A stretch of DNA of 64,000 nt from a virus, in the IMG/VR virus record IMGVR_UViG_3300018022_000003, positions 32,001-96,000 of that record. One strand, written 5' to 3'. The notes beneath the pieces are model-generated. The model was not told where the DNA came from and did not search any database. It saw only the letters and a list, made by a program, of their open reading frames with translations. This document shows, piece by piece, positions 15,107 through 23,653 of this stretch; position 1 is the first letter of the stretch; every line of letters starts with the position of its first letter. Position numbers and translations under genes: made by a program.

Positions 15107-15781
15107 ATGATAGAGATAAAGGCTTTCGAGGAGGGCAGGGAGGTGCCGGTCCCCTGTTATACCGCCAGGGTGCTGGCGGAGGTGCTCTCCGAGCGCAGCT
15201 ACCAGAACAAGACCTGGGGCACGGCGTTCGACGACAAGAACACCCTGAACGACTGGGTGGCCTATGCGGTCATCTACCTGGGGCAGGCGGCCAGGATGAA
15301 GGCCCCCCCGGACGAGCAGAGGAAGGGCATCCTCAAGGCGGCCACGCTGCTGGTGGGGGGGATAGAGGCCTTCGACCGCAACAACAACAGCTTCGCCCCC
15401 AGGCACTACGACCCGGAGAACCCCGGCATGACCGTGGCGGCCGACCCGTCCAGGGGGCGGACAAGGGCATGGCAGCGACCCGAAGGCCCTGCCAGGGGAG
15501 GCAGCAGCGCCCCTGAGGCCGGGGGAGTCCAGGGTCCTCTACACCAAGCCCTGCCCCCCGCACATGTACTCCCACCCCAACTCCTACTTCATCCTCAAGC
15601 GTGCCGCCAGGAGGCTGGTGGAGAACGACTTCGGCCTGATGTGGGAGAACGACTGGTACTTCGACTCCTGCATCGAGGCCATACGGAAGCTCCGGGACAC
15701 CGCCAGGCTGTTCCCGGCCAAGCCCTGGAAGAGGTGGGAGCAGGAGCGGATGGGGGACGTCCTGGAGATATGCTGCCCTAG
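15107..15781 (+). CDS. MazG-like all-alpha NTP pyrophosphohydrolase domain protein; 3' end uncertain
   Basis: ERSYQNKTWG...NDW...Y.G...RKGILKAATLLVGGIE pattern. The C-terminal ~100 codons overlap the next gene. Confidence 0.5.
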   Translation: MIEIKAFEEGREVPVPCYTARVLAEVLSERSYQNKTWGTAFDDKNTLNDWVAYAVIYLGQAARMKAPPDEQRKGILKAATLLVGGIEAFDRNNNSFAPRHYDPENPGMTVAADPSRGRTRAWQRPEGPARGGSSAPEAGGVQGPLHQALPPAHVLPPQLLLHPQACRQEAGGERLRPDVGERLVLRLLHRGHTEAPGHRQAVPGQALEEVGAGADGGRPGDMLP

Positions 15782-15923
15782 CTGCCAGACGGTATTCCAG
15801 TGGGAGGGGCACTTCTATGCCCCCCAGTGCCCTGGGTGCAAGCACTGGCTGAACGAGAGGCCACGCAAAGAAGACGGGCCTTGCATCGGGGTCGAACTGC
15901 TAGGAAAGAACGGGGGGGCCTAA
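15468..15923 (+). CDS. Hypothetical protein with C-terminal zinc ribbon
   Basis: The frame extends to ATG 15468 (MAATRRPC...); contains CPSC...CPGC. Confidence 0.55.
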   Translation, partial: HGSDPKALPGEAAAPLRPGESRVLYTKPCPPHMYSHPNSYFILKRAARRLVENDFGLMWENDWYFDSCIEAIRKLRDTARLFPAKPWKRWEQERMGDVLEICCPSCQTVFQWEGHFYAPQCPGCKHWLNERPRKEDGPCIGVELLGKNGGA

Positions 15924-15924
15924 G

Positions 15925-16503
15925 GTGGGCGTGCTAGCAGGCGGGGAGTTCCGGGAGAGGGACTACAAGGAATGCGACCCGGTAGGCAAAAAGTGGTTAG
16001 AGGAGCTTCTTGCCCAGCGTGGCATGGAAGCGCACACACTGGCTGGCGAGGCGTTCAAGGATGGTGACGTAGAGTTCTACCCGGCCAGTGGGAAGAGGGA
16101 GACGGCCGACGCTGAGGTCAGGAAGGACGGGTATATCTGGGCGAAGCGGGCCGACGGCCATCCCGTCTTCCACTTCTATACATTCTCCATCTGGGACCGC
16201 AGGAAGGACTCGAAGACCGTCATCCAGGTGAGCTTCTCCCATGACGGGCTGAATGCCTATGCTGCCCTGACGGGAGACATCGAGAGGGGGGAGTTCTGGC
16301 TGGGCGACACGACCCGTGGGGAGGACTCGAAGTATAACCTTCCTCCCAGCCTCGTGCTCGTCCTCCACAGGGAATCCCTGTACCATCCCTGGGGCCTGTG
16401 CAGCGGGGCCTGCTGGAAGGATAGGGCTTGCGAGGGCGAGGTCCCCAACCCCAGCCTGTATTCTCTCCTTGGCATCCTGAACTTCCCCCTGGAGGCGCTG
16501 TGA
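15925..16503 (+). CDS. Hypothetical protein, possibly PD-(D/E)xK-like
   Basis: D...DAEVR pattern only; weak. Confidence 0.45.
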   Translation: MGVLAGGEFRERDYKECDPVGKKWLEELLAQRGMEAHTLAGEAFKDGDVEFYPASGKRETADAEVRKDGYIWAKRADGHPVFHFYTFSIWDRRKDSKTVIQVSFSHDGLNAYAALTGDIERGEFWLGDTTRGEDSKYNLPPSLVLVLHRESLYHPWGLCSGACWKDRACEGEVPNPSLYSLLGILNFPLEAL

Positions 16504-17102
16504 GGCCCGGCACCAAGAGCCTGCTGTTCGGCGAGCACCAGTTCCTCCTCCATCCCCTGTACGTTGCCTGGGCATGGCGGCACCTGTTCGGCTTCCCGTG
16601 GGACCCCCGCCTGTGGCTCTGCTTCCTGGTCCACGACTGGGGCTACTGGGGAAGGGAGGACATGGACGGCGAGAGCGGCAGGGAGCACCCCGAGTGCGGG
16701 GCCAGGCTGGCCCACCGCCTGCTCGACGTGGTGGAGTCCTCCGAGTTCGACTGGCATGTCTCCTGGCAGCACGTGTGGTACGACTTCTGCCTCTACCACT
16801 CCCGCTACCTCGCCGAGAGGGCCGGGCACCCGGTCTCCCGCCTGGCCCTTGCCGACAAGATGTCGTTCGTCCTGATGCCCTGGTGGATATACCTTCCCCT
16901 GGCATGGCTGTCAGGCTCCCTCAGGGAGTATATGGCCAACGGCAGGAGGATGGGGGAGCCTACGGTCGGGTGCAGGGAGTGGCACAGGGCGCTGCGGGAC
17001 AAGACGCTGGAGTGGATAGCCCGTACCTTCGGCAGCCCCGCCCCTGTCAACGGCTACTTCTGGAGCTGGAAGAGGTGCAACGATGGCGGTACGGTTGACT
17101 AA
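16500..17102 (+). CDS. HD-domain-like metal-dependent phosphohydrolase
   Basis: GTG start overlaps the previous stop; H...HDWGY...H...YHSRY...LADK. Confidence 0.6.
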   Translation: MRPGTKSLLFGEHQFLLHPLYVAWAWRHLFGFPWDPRLWLCFLVHDWGYWGREDMDGESGREHPECGARLAHRLLDVVESSEFDWHVSWQHVWYDFCLYHSRYLAERAGHPVSRLALADKMSFVLMPWWIYLPLAWLSGSLREYMANGRRMGEPTVGCREWHRALRDKTLEWIARTFGSPAPVNGYFWSWKRCNDGGTVD

Positions 17103-17201
17103 GGCCGCCAGGGAGAGGCTGTGGAAGGAGTTCCTGGAGCGCCTGGAGAGGCTCAGGCACCAGGGCAAGCGGCCTCCCATCAAGAGGAGGTGGCATTCAA
17201 G

Positions 17202-17432
17202 ATGGCGGTAAGGGTCACTATACGGATAGACGCCAGCAAGGTCGTCCAGGTCACGGAGGACCACGGCGGGTTCCTGGCGGGAAAGTGCTTCGCCTGCGGA
17301 GCCTCGGGCTGGCTTGAAGGGCGGGGGTACCCGCACCGGGCCAAGGACGTCCCCGGCTCCCACCTGAGGCACGGGGCCTCCTGCCCCATGAACAGGGCCT
17401 TGAACAATGATGGCAGCCTGAGGCAGTCATAG
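17202..17432 (+). CDS. Small CxxC hypothetical protein
   Basis: GAGGAGG upstream; CFACG...H...C. Confidence 0.55.
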   Translation: MAVRVTIRIDASKVVQVTEDHGGFLAGKCFACGASGWLEGRGYPHRAKDVPGSHLRHGASCPMNRALNNDGSLRQS

Positions 17433-17442
17433 TCACTGACAC

Positions 17443-17802
17443 ATGCGCTACGAGGTCCCGGGAGCAGGCTACTACGAGAGGGCCCACAACGATGCCGACA
17501 AACAGGTGAACGCCGAGCTGATACGGCAACTCCTGTACTTCAACCTCGGGCACCCAAGGGGCGACGACCTGTGGGTGCTGTTGGGCAACGACTTTTCTCT
17601 CCATCCCCTTGGACAGGAGGGCCTGAAGAACGCAACCAACCTCCTGCTGGGCAGGGCACCAAGGAACATGGCCTGCGGCTGGGCGCTGCGCATGCTCTAC
17701 AGGCTCCTGACGGTCGGCGTAGGCTCGTTCCAGCGCAACATGCTGTGGACCCTTACCCTGCCCGAGCGCTGCCGCAGGGCATGGTGGCGCATAGTATTCT
17801 AG
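17443..17802 (+). CDS. Hypothetical protein
   Basis: ORF within the operon. Confidence 0.55.
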   Translation: MRYEVPGAGYYERAHNDADKQVNAELIRQLLYFNLGHPRGDDLWVLLGNDFSLHPLGQEGLKNATNLLLGRAPRNMACGWALRMLYRLLTVGVGSFQRNMLWTLTLPERCRRAWWRIVF

Positions 17803-17807
17803 GGTAT

Positions 17808-19769
17808 ATGATGACAGGATTCGACTTCCTGAACGAGGAGCAGCTAAGGGCGGTAGCCCACCCGATGGGCAGGCCAGCCTGCCTCATTGCCGGGGCAGGG
17901 TCAGGCAAGACCGCCACCATCACGGCAAGGGTGGCCTGGCTGATGGAGAACGATGTCCCCCCCTTCCGCATCTGCTGCATCACCTTCACCAACAAGGCGG
18001 CCGGCGAGATAGCCCGCAGGGTAGGGCTGGCGGACTCCGCTCCCGCAGAGTCCAGGCCCCATATATCGACCATCCACTCCCTGGCCCTCAACGCCATCCG
18101 CAGGGACCCCGAGGGCTTCGGGTTCGAGGGGAAGGTCACCCCCATGGACGACTACGACCAGGCGCAGATGTGCAAGAAGCTCATCGAGCGCATGCCCCAG
18201 GAGATGGGCATGGAGATGAACGCTTACCGCTTCCTGGAGAAGCTGGCCTACCACCGTGCCCGTGGGGTAGGGTTCTCGGACGGCTATACCGAGGAGGTCC
18301 ACGAGGAGGCCCTGGAGCACCACAAGGGGTACCATGCCCTGGAGGACTGGGAGGCAAGGCTCTGGAGGCTGTTCGAGGAGGAGAAGCGCAAGTGCGGCAC
18401 GGTGGACTTCGACGACATGATTCACCTGGTGGTACGCCGAGGTGAGGCCGAGGATGCCTGGAGGGCCGCCCTCCAGCGGCGTTTCCACCACGTCCTCCAG
18501 GACGAGAGCCAGGACACCAGCCCCGTGCAGTGGAGGTTCGTCAACCTCCTGCTCGGGGACGACAATCCCAACCTCTACTGCGTCGGCGACCTGGCGCAGA
18601 GCATCTATGCCTTCCAGGGGGCCGAGCCACGCCTGCTCAAGGAGTTCAGCGAGGGCTGGCGGGGGCACGTGCCGGACCTCTACCGCATATCCCGCAACCA
18701 CCGCAGCCTGCCCTCCATCATCAGGCTGAGCAACAAGATTAACGCCGCCATGACGGAGGTCATCCCGCTCAGGATGATGCCCTTCCGGGGCCTCGGGCCG
18801 GACGGCGGGGAGGCGGAGTCGGGGCTTACCAGGATAATCAGGTCCAGCATGCCCTCTGACATAGCCGCCGTCATAGCCAAGGAGATACAGCACGACAGCC
18901 AGCTCAAGAAGGCCCCCCTGGAGTACAGGGACAACGCCATCCTGGTGCGCAGCGCCATCCAGGTGAGGGACGTGGAGGGGGCGCTGGTGAGGCTCCGCAT
19001 CCCCTACATAGTCCGGGGCGGCAGGGGCCTCCTCCAGACGGAGGAGGTGAAGGACATCCTCTCCTACTTCAGGCTGGCCGTCAACCACAAGGACTTCCCG
19101 GCCTTCGTGCGTGCCGTGGGGGTCCCGAAGAGGGGCATCGGGGACGTGGCCATCGAGAGGCTCCGCAGCCAGGCCAGCGAGGAGCACGGCGGGGACCTGG
19201 TCGAGGCATGCACCTCCATGGACAAGCTGGACGTGTTCTACAGCAACATGTCCCAGGTCACGGCCATGCTGGACGACCCGGCCGCCGCCATGGAGGCCCT
19301 GGTCAGGCTGTTCGGGTACAAGGACTACATCTCCGGCAAGTACCGCCGTGAGGAGAGCAAGGCGAGGGCCAAGCACGAGAACATAGACCGCTTCCTCTCC
19401 CTGGTGCGGTCCCTTGCGGACGAGGGGAGGACCTCCGAGGACCTGGTGTTCCACCTTGCCATGGACAGGCCCTCCGACGACGGGGAGGAGGAGGATAAGG
19501 GGGCGGTCACCGTCTCCACCATCCACAGCGCCAAGGGGCTGGAGTGGCGGCGGGTGTATATTACCAATGTGACGGAGGGGTCGCTCCCCCATAGGTTCAG
19601 CATGGGGAGCCCGTCCGAGGTAGAGGAGGAGCGTCGGCTGTTCTACGTCGCCTGCACGAGGGCGAAGGACAGCCTTGCCATATGCGTGCATTCCCTGGAG
19701 CCCCGTGGGCCCAACACCCTCTCGGTGGCCCCGAGCAGGTTCCTGGGGGAGGTGGGCATAAGGACCTAG
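17808..19769 (+). CDS. uvrD: UvrD/PcrA/Rep-like superfamily 1 helicase
   Basis: AGAGSGKT, ITFTNKAA, QDESQD, VGDLAQSIYAFQGA, STIHSAKGLEW and EERRLFYVACTRAK. Confidence 0.95.
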   Translation: MMTGFDFLNEEQLRAVAHPMGRPACLIAGAGSGKTATITARVAWLMENDVPPFRICCITFTNKAAGEIARRVGLADSAPAESRPHISTIHSLALNAIRRDPEGFGFEGKVTPMDDYDQAQMCKKLIERMPQEMGMEMNAYRFLEKLAYHRARGVGFSDGYTEEVHEEALEHHKGYHALEDWEARLWRLFEEEKRKCGTVDFDDMIHLVVRRGEAEDAWRAALQRRFHHVLQDESQDTSPVQWRFVNLLLGDDNPNLYCVGDLAQSIYAFQGAEPRLLKEFSEGWRGHVPDLYRISRNHRSLPSIIRLSNKINAAMTEVIPLRMMPFRGLGPDGGEAESGLTRIIRSSMPSDIAAVIAKEIQHDSQLKKAPLEYRDNAILVRSAIQVRDVEGALVRLRIPYIVRGGRGLLQTEEVKDILSYFRLAVNHKDFPAFVRAVGVPKRGIGDVAIERLRSQASEEHGGDLVEACTSMDKLDVFYSNMSQVTAMLDDPAAAMEALVRLFGYKDYISGKYRREESKARAKHENIDRFLSLVRSLADEGRTSEDLVFHLAMDRPSDDGEEEDKGAVTVSTIHSAKGLEWRRVYITNVTEGSLPHRFSMGSPSEVEEERRLFYVACTRAKDSLAICVHSLEPRGPNTLSVAPSRFLGEVGIRT

Positions 19770-19779
19770 GGAGGCAAAG

Positions 19780-20145
19780 ATGACGGAACTGCCGGGACCA
19801 GGGATACCTGAACGGGTACCTAACCGGGAAAGTCGAACACAGGAAAGCGGGGGTAAGGTGAGGCCATACGAGGAGTTCTGGGAGCTGGTGGTCGTAAGAC
19901 GTGAGGGATGCCAGGAATGCTATACTGCGTACGACCACGAGGCCCTCAGGCAGGCGTTCGTCAGCGAGGAGGCGGCCAGGGACCGTGCCGAGGAGGACAA
20001 CAAGGGCAGGCTCGGAGAGGCCCATACCCCCATCAGGTGGAGGGGCGACCACCACGGCGGGGTCCGGAGCATCGAAAGCCCCGATGGCCAGGTGGACTAC
20101 TACGTGTTCCCCCGTACTGTGTTCCAGAGGGTGGTGCGGGCATGA
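19780..20145 (+). CDS. Hypothetical protein
   Basis: GGAGG RBS. Confidence 0.5.
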   Translation: MTELPGPGIPERVPNRESRTQESGGKVRPYEEFWELVVVRREGCQECYTAYDHEALRQAFVSEEAARDRAEEDNKGRLGEAHTPIRWRGDHHGGVRSIESPDGQVDYYVFPRTVFQRVVRA

Positions 20146-20459
20146 AGGACATGGTTCCCTGCTACCAGTGCGGCGGGCAGAGAGAGCACGACCTGCGGAC
20201 GGGCGAGGTCCTCCCCTGCGACGTGTGCGGGGAGAGGCTCTGCGAGGCATGCGGGGCGGGCAACCACTGGAGGTGCGTGGGGCACTTCTGCGAGTGCAAG
20301 GCCCCGGAGTGCAGGAGGATGCGGGACACCCATGTGGTATGCCCTGGCTGCAAGGAGGGGAGGCACAAGGAGTGCCTCGGGCACAGGTGCCACTGCATCC
20401 ACTGCTCGTGGCAGGACCCCGACTGCCCTGAGTGCTGGAGGGCCAAGCATGCGCCCTGA
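20142..20459 (+). CDS. Very Cys-rich small protein (18 Cys in 105 aa)
   Basis: ATGA overlap with the previous gene; repeated CxxC and CxC. Confidence 0.6.
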   Translation: MKDMVPCYQCGGQREHDLRTGEVLPCDVCGERLCEACGAGNHWRCVGHFCECKAPECRRMRDTHVVCPGCKEGRHKECLGHRCHCIHCSWQDPDCPECWRAKHAP

Positions 20460-20904
20460 CCTGTTCCCGTCCATCCTCCTCGGCCACATGGTGGGGGACT
20501 ACCTCCTCCAGAACAACTGGATGGCGATGAACAAGGGCGGCAGCACCCTCAAGTGCGCCGTCCACTGCCTCATCTACACATGGGCCGTGGACATCTTTAC
20601 CTACCCCTTCTTCCACCATGACTGGCGGTGGCTGGCCCTGGTCTTCCTGAGCCACTTCCCCATCGACAGGTGGAGCCTGGCGGACAAGTGGCTCAGGCAC
20701 ATAGGCGGCAGGTCCATGACCAGGTTCATGGCCGACGGGCACAAGAACATCCCGGCCGAGGCCGAGGGGGAGGCGAGCGAGTACCGGAACTACCATGCCC
20801 TGCGGGCAGGGTTCACCAGCCTCGTATACGCCGCCGCCGACAACACGATGCACCTCGTAATCCTGTACTACAGCGCCCTGCTCCTGCTGGGCAGTAATAG
20901 CTAG
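20449..20904 (+). CDS. DUF3307-like membrane protein
   Basis: LLGHMVGDYLLQ, AVHCLIY and SHFPID. Confidence 0.7.
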   Translation: MRPDLFPSILLGHMVGDYLLQNNWMAMNKGGSTLKCAVHCLIYTWAVDIFTYPFFHHDWRWLALVFLSHFPIDRWSLADKWLRHIGGRSMTRFMADGHKNIPAEAEGEASEYRNYHALRAGFTSLVYAAADNTMHLVILYYSALLLLGSNS

Positions 20905-20906
20905 GC

Positions 20907-21767
20907 ATGACCCACGGCTCGCTGTTCTCCGGCATAGGCGGCTTTGACCTCGGGTTCGAGCGTGCAGGGATAGGGACGTCCTGGCAGGTGGAGAACAGCC
21001 CGTCTGCTACGAGGGTCCTGGAGTCCCATTGGCCGGAAGTGAAGAGGTATGGCGATATACGTGGATGCGGACGGCACAATCTTGCCCCTGTTGACCTCGT
21101 CAGCGGGGGGTTCCCCTGCCAGGACCTCAGCACCAGCCAGAACGGAAGGAGATGGGGCCTTGCCGGGGAGCGCTCCGGGCTGTTCTTCGAGGCTGCAAGG
21201 GTTATTGAGGAGCTTAGGCCTCGATGGTTTGTTCTTGAGAACGTCAGAGGGCTCTTCTCTTCGCATGAGGGTGAGGACTTCGACGTCGTCGTCTCGGCGC
21301 TGGCAGAACTCGGGTATTGCGTGGCTTGGAGAACGCTGGATAGCCAATACTTCGGCGTCCCCCAGCACAGGGAGCGGGTGTACGTTGTTGGCGGCCTTGG
21401 ACACGGGGGCCCCGTCCTCGTACTTTTTGAGGGACTCCCGAAGGCTGAACCGGGTAATGCTGGAGAGGCACCTCCACAAGCCGTGGTGCCAGTGGCTATT
21501 AACCCATATCAGCACGGTTCCAACGGGGTCGGCATCTCTTACGTGGTCCACACCCTCGACTCAAGGCCCGACAGGGTGGTGCTTGCGCCTCTTGACGGAG
21601 GAAGAGTGGGAGGCCCTCCAGGGGTTCCCCGGCGGATGGACGTTGCCCGCACAAGGCTCGTCGGCAATGCCGTGACGGTGAACGTGGCGGAGTGGCTGGG
21701 CCGCAGGATTGCGGCCCTGGACGGGTGTATACTAGGGGGGGAGGAGACACATGTATCCATTCTCTAA
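20907..21767 (+). CDS. DNA (cytosine-5) methyltransferase, alpha-type polypeptide lacking motif IX
   Basis: SLFSGIGG (I), GGFPCQ (IV), ENV (VI), QHRERV (VIII) and GNAV (X). Confidence 0.92.
   Translation: MTHGSLFSGIGGFDLGFERAGIGTSWQVENSPSATRVLESHWPEVKRYGDIRGCGRHNLAPVDLVSGGFPCQDLSTSQNGRRWGLAGERSGLFFEAARVIEELRPRWFVLENVRGLFSSHEGEDFDVVVSALAELGYCVAWRTLDSQYFGVPQHRERVYVVGGLGHGGPVLVLFEGLPKAEPGNAGEAPPQAVVPVAINPYQHGSNGVGISYVVHTLDSRPDRVVLAPLDGGRVGGPPGVPRRMDVARTRLVGNAVTVNVAEWLGRRIAALDGCILGGEETHVSIL
21049..21675 (+). CDS. Nested alternative-frame beta polypeptide of the C5 methyltransferase, carrying motif IX
   Basis: Ends with LRLLTEEEWEALQGFPGGWT, the motif IX consensus R-LT-RE--RLQGFP--W. Confidence 0.7.
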   Translation: MAIYVDADGTILPLLTSSAGGSPARTSAPARTEGDGALPGSAPGCSSRLQGLLRSLGLDGLFLRTSEGSSLRMRVRTSTSSSRRWQNSGIAWLGERWIANTSASPSTGSGCTLLAALDTGAPSSYFLRDSRRLNRVMLERHLHKPWCQWLLTHISTVPTGSASLTWSTPSTQGPTGWCLRLLTEEEWEALQGFPGGWTLPAQGSSAMP

Positions 21768-22089
21768 GAGGTTCCCAGGTATGTCGGTCGGGGAGTACAG
21801 GGAGATTGGCACCCCCCGGCATATCGCCATTAACCTTCCCGACAACGTGTCCGTAAAGACCTTCGTTACCCCCTCCCATACCTTCCCCGACGAGGGCTAC
21901 TACCTCCAGGCGGTGAAGGGCAAGAGGGCGGGGTGGGGCAACGGCTCCGCCGTCGTCATGTGCAACTGCATCGACGCACTGCTCAAGTTCGGCTCCGTCC
22001 TGGCCGGCATCAAGGCCCCCTGCAAGCATGCCCAGGGGCTAAGGGCGCTGCTCGGCAGGGGGCATGCCTATGCCAGGATAGAGGGCTAG
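21751..22089 (+). CDS. Hypothetical protein
   Basis: GAGGAG RBS; TGTATACT upstream. Confidence 0.6.
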   Translation: MYPFSKRFPGMSVGEYREIGTPRHIAINLPDNVSVKTFVTPSHTFPDEGYYLQAVKGKRAGWGNGSAVVMCNCIDALLKFGSVLAGIKAPCKHAQGLRALLGRGHAYARIEG

Positions 22090-22124
22090 AATCCCCCCGC
22101 AGGCCCGTGATTCCGGTGTATACT
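22088..22124 (+). promoter_or_regulatory. Bipartite promoter-like motif AGAATCC-N22-TGTATACT
   Basis: One of five copies with identical spacing. Confidence 0.7.
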
Positions 22125-22203
22125 TAGTGTGAAGGGAGCAGGCGAGCGCTCCCGAGAGATTACAGGCCTCCGCACCGTGCGTCGAGGCCAGGGGAGTCCA
22201 CAA

Positions 22204-22560
22204 GTGAATAGGAACGGATTTGAGGAGCGGGCTACCGCCCGCCTGGTATGGGACTATTTCCGGCTGGTGCTGCCCACGACCAAGGGCAAGCTGCTTAAGG
22301 GGTACAAGGAGGCATGCGACCGCCTGCGCCCCGGTGCCTCCAGGGTGGTCCGGCTGGTGACCAACGGCGTGGAGGAGGTCGTAGAGGTCAGGTTCGCCTC
22401 CAACACCAAGGCCGGGTTCGTGGAGATGAAGGACTTCTACCACGACCTTATGAAGGCCAGCCCCCCGTGGGCGTTCGTCGCCGGGGAGGAGCCACGGCAC
22501 GAGCCACGTCAGAAGCGCCCAGGGAGGGGAAGGTTCCACCCTAACCCCAGGCCCCGCTAG
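22204..22560 (+). CDS. Hypothetical protein
   Basis: GTG after a GGGGAG RBS. Confidence 0.5.
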   Translation: MNRNGFEERATARLVWDYFRLVLPTTKGKLLKGYKEACDRLRPGASRVVRLVTNGVEEVVEVRFASNTKAGFVEMKDFYHDLMKASPPWAFVAGEEPRHEPRQKRPGRGRFHPNPRPR

Positions 22561-22609
22561 GCTTTCCTGGCAGGGCATGCGGTAGCTGGCTCTGCCAGGA
22601 GACACGACT

Positions 22610-23449
22610 ATGAGAGAGGCACACCTCGATACCACCCTTCCGGTGGACGCCGATGGGAGGGCCTGCGGGGCACTCCTCGGCTTTGACTTCTGCGCCGAGC
22701 ACGAGTGGGGCATAAAGGGCATCCAGGAGCAGTTCGGCATCCCTGAGAAGACCCATGCCCTGGGCGTCAACAGGCGCAGGGTGCGGCAGGTCCCCAAGAG
22801 CCTCCTATGGGCGAAGCGGGGCATCCGGGAGGGAATCCTCCTCCCCGACCGCTTCACCGCCGCCTATGAGAAGGACGTCCAGTCCTTCTACTGGCGCATC
22901 CTCCACCTGTCCAAGGCCAGGAGGCTTAAGGCAGCATGGGACGAGAACTCCTTCATCATAACCTCCGACCAAAAGGCCGACATCAGGCTCCTGCGGGAGG
23001 TCTACGACGCCATCAGGAAGAAGGATGCCGCCGTGGGCATCTTCAGCCCGCACCGCAACCCCTTCGGCGGGGCGGGCCTGGGCCTCGTCGTCGTCAGCCG
23101 CACGGATGCAGGGACCCTCAAGCACTGGAGGGACACCGACCAGGAACAACGGCTCCTCCAGAAGGCGAAGAAGGACAGCGGCATCGGGGCCATGCTCAGC
23201 AAGGCAGGCAAGAAGTACTTCGCCCTGTCCCCCAGGTTCGACAATAAGGACGGCAGCATAGTCTACTGGCTCAACCCCTTCGACGACGACAAGGCCAGGG
23301 CGGGATGGTACTCCCTCCAGGACCTCAAGGACTGGGCGAAGGGCAAGGGCAGGGTAGTACAGCCCGACCCACCGCCCCCCGAGCCTGAGCTGGAGCAGCC
23401 GGAGGAGTGGGAGAAAGAAAATGAAGGACAAGAAGCGGTTCATGCATGA
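22610..23449 (+). CDS. Hypothetical protein
   Basis: AGGAG RBS; codon usage is coding-like. Confidence 0.7.
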   Translation: MREAHLDTTLPVDADGRACGALLGFDFCAEHEWGIKGIQEQFGIPEKTHALGVNRRRVRQVPKSLLWAKRGIREGILLPDRFTAAYEKDVQSFYWRILHLSKARRLKAAWDENSFIITSDQKADIRLLREVYDAIRKKDAAVGIFSPHRNPFGGAGLGLVVVSRTDAGTLKHWRDTDQEQRLLQKAKKDSGIGAMLSKAGKKYFALSPRFDNKDGSIVYWLNPFDDDKARAGWYSLQDLKDWAKGKGRVVQPDPPPPEPELEQPEEWEKENEGQEAVHA

Positions 23450-23624
23450 GCTGGCGGTGTTCCTGGTGGCCGAGCAGGCCTCTGACAGCATCGGCCTCCA
23501 GATGGGCAGGCCCTTTGCCAAGCGCTGGGCCGCCCTCCGCAACGCCACCCCCCTCTTCGGCTACCCGACTGTCGAGGAGGCGGAGAAGGAGCTGTCGGAG
23601 TGGCTGCTCGGGGAGGTAAAATGA
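23421..23624 (+). CDS. Hypothetical protein (67 aa)
   Basis: ORF within the operon. Confidence 0.55.
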   Translation: MKDKKRFMHELAVFLVAEQASDSIGLQMGRPFAKRWAALRNATPLFGYPTVEEAEKELSEWLLGEVK

Positions 23625-23653
23625 TGCTCATTACGGTCAAGGGGAAATAACTG

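Noticed and set aside
17808-19769. Intein or intron in the helicase, sheath or capsid genes
   Set aside because: Conserved motifs are normally spaced, with no C...HN splice motifs or LAGLIDADG insert.
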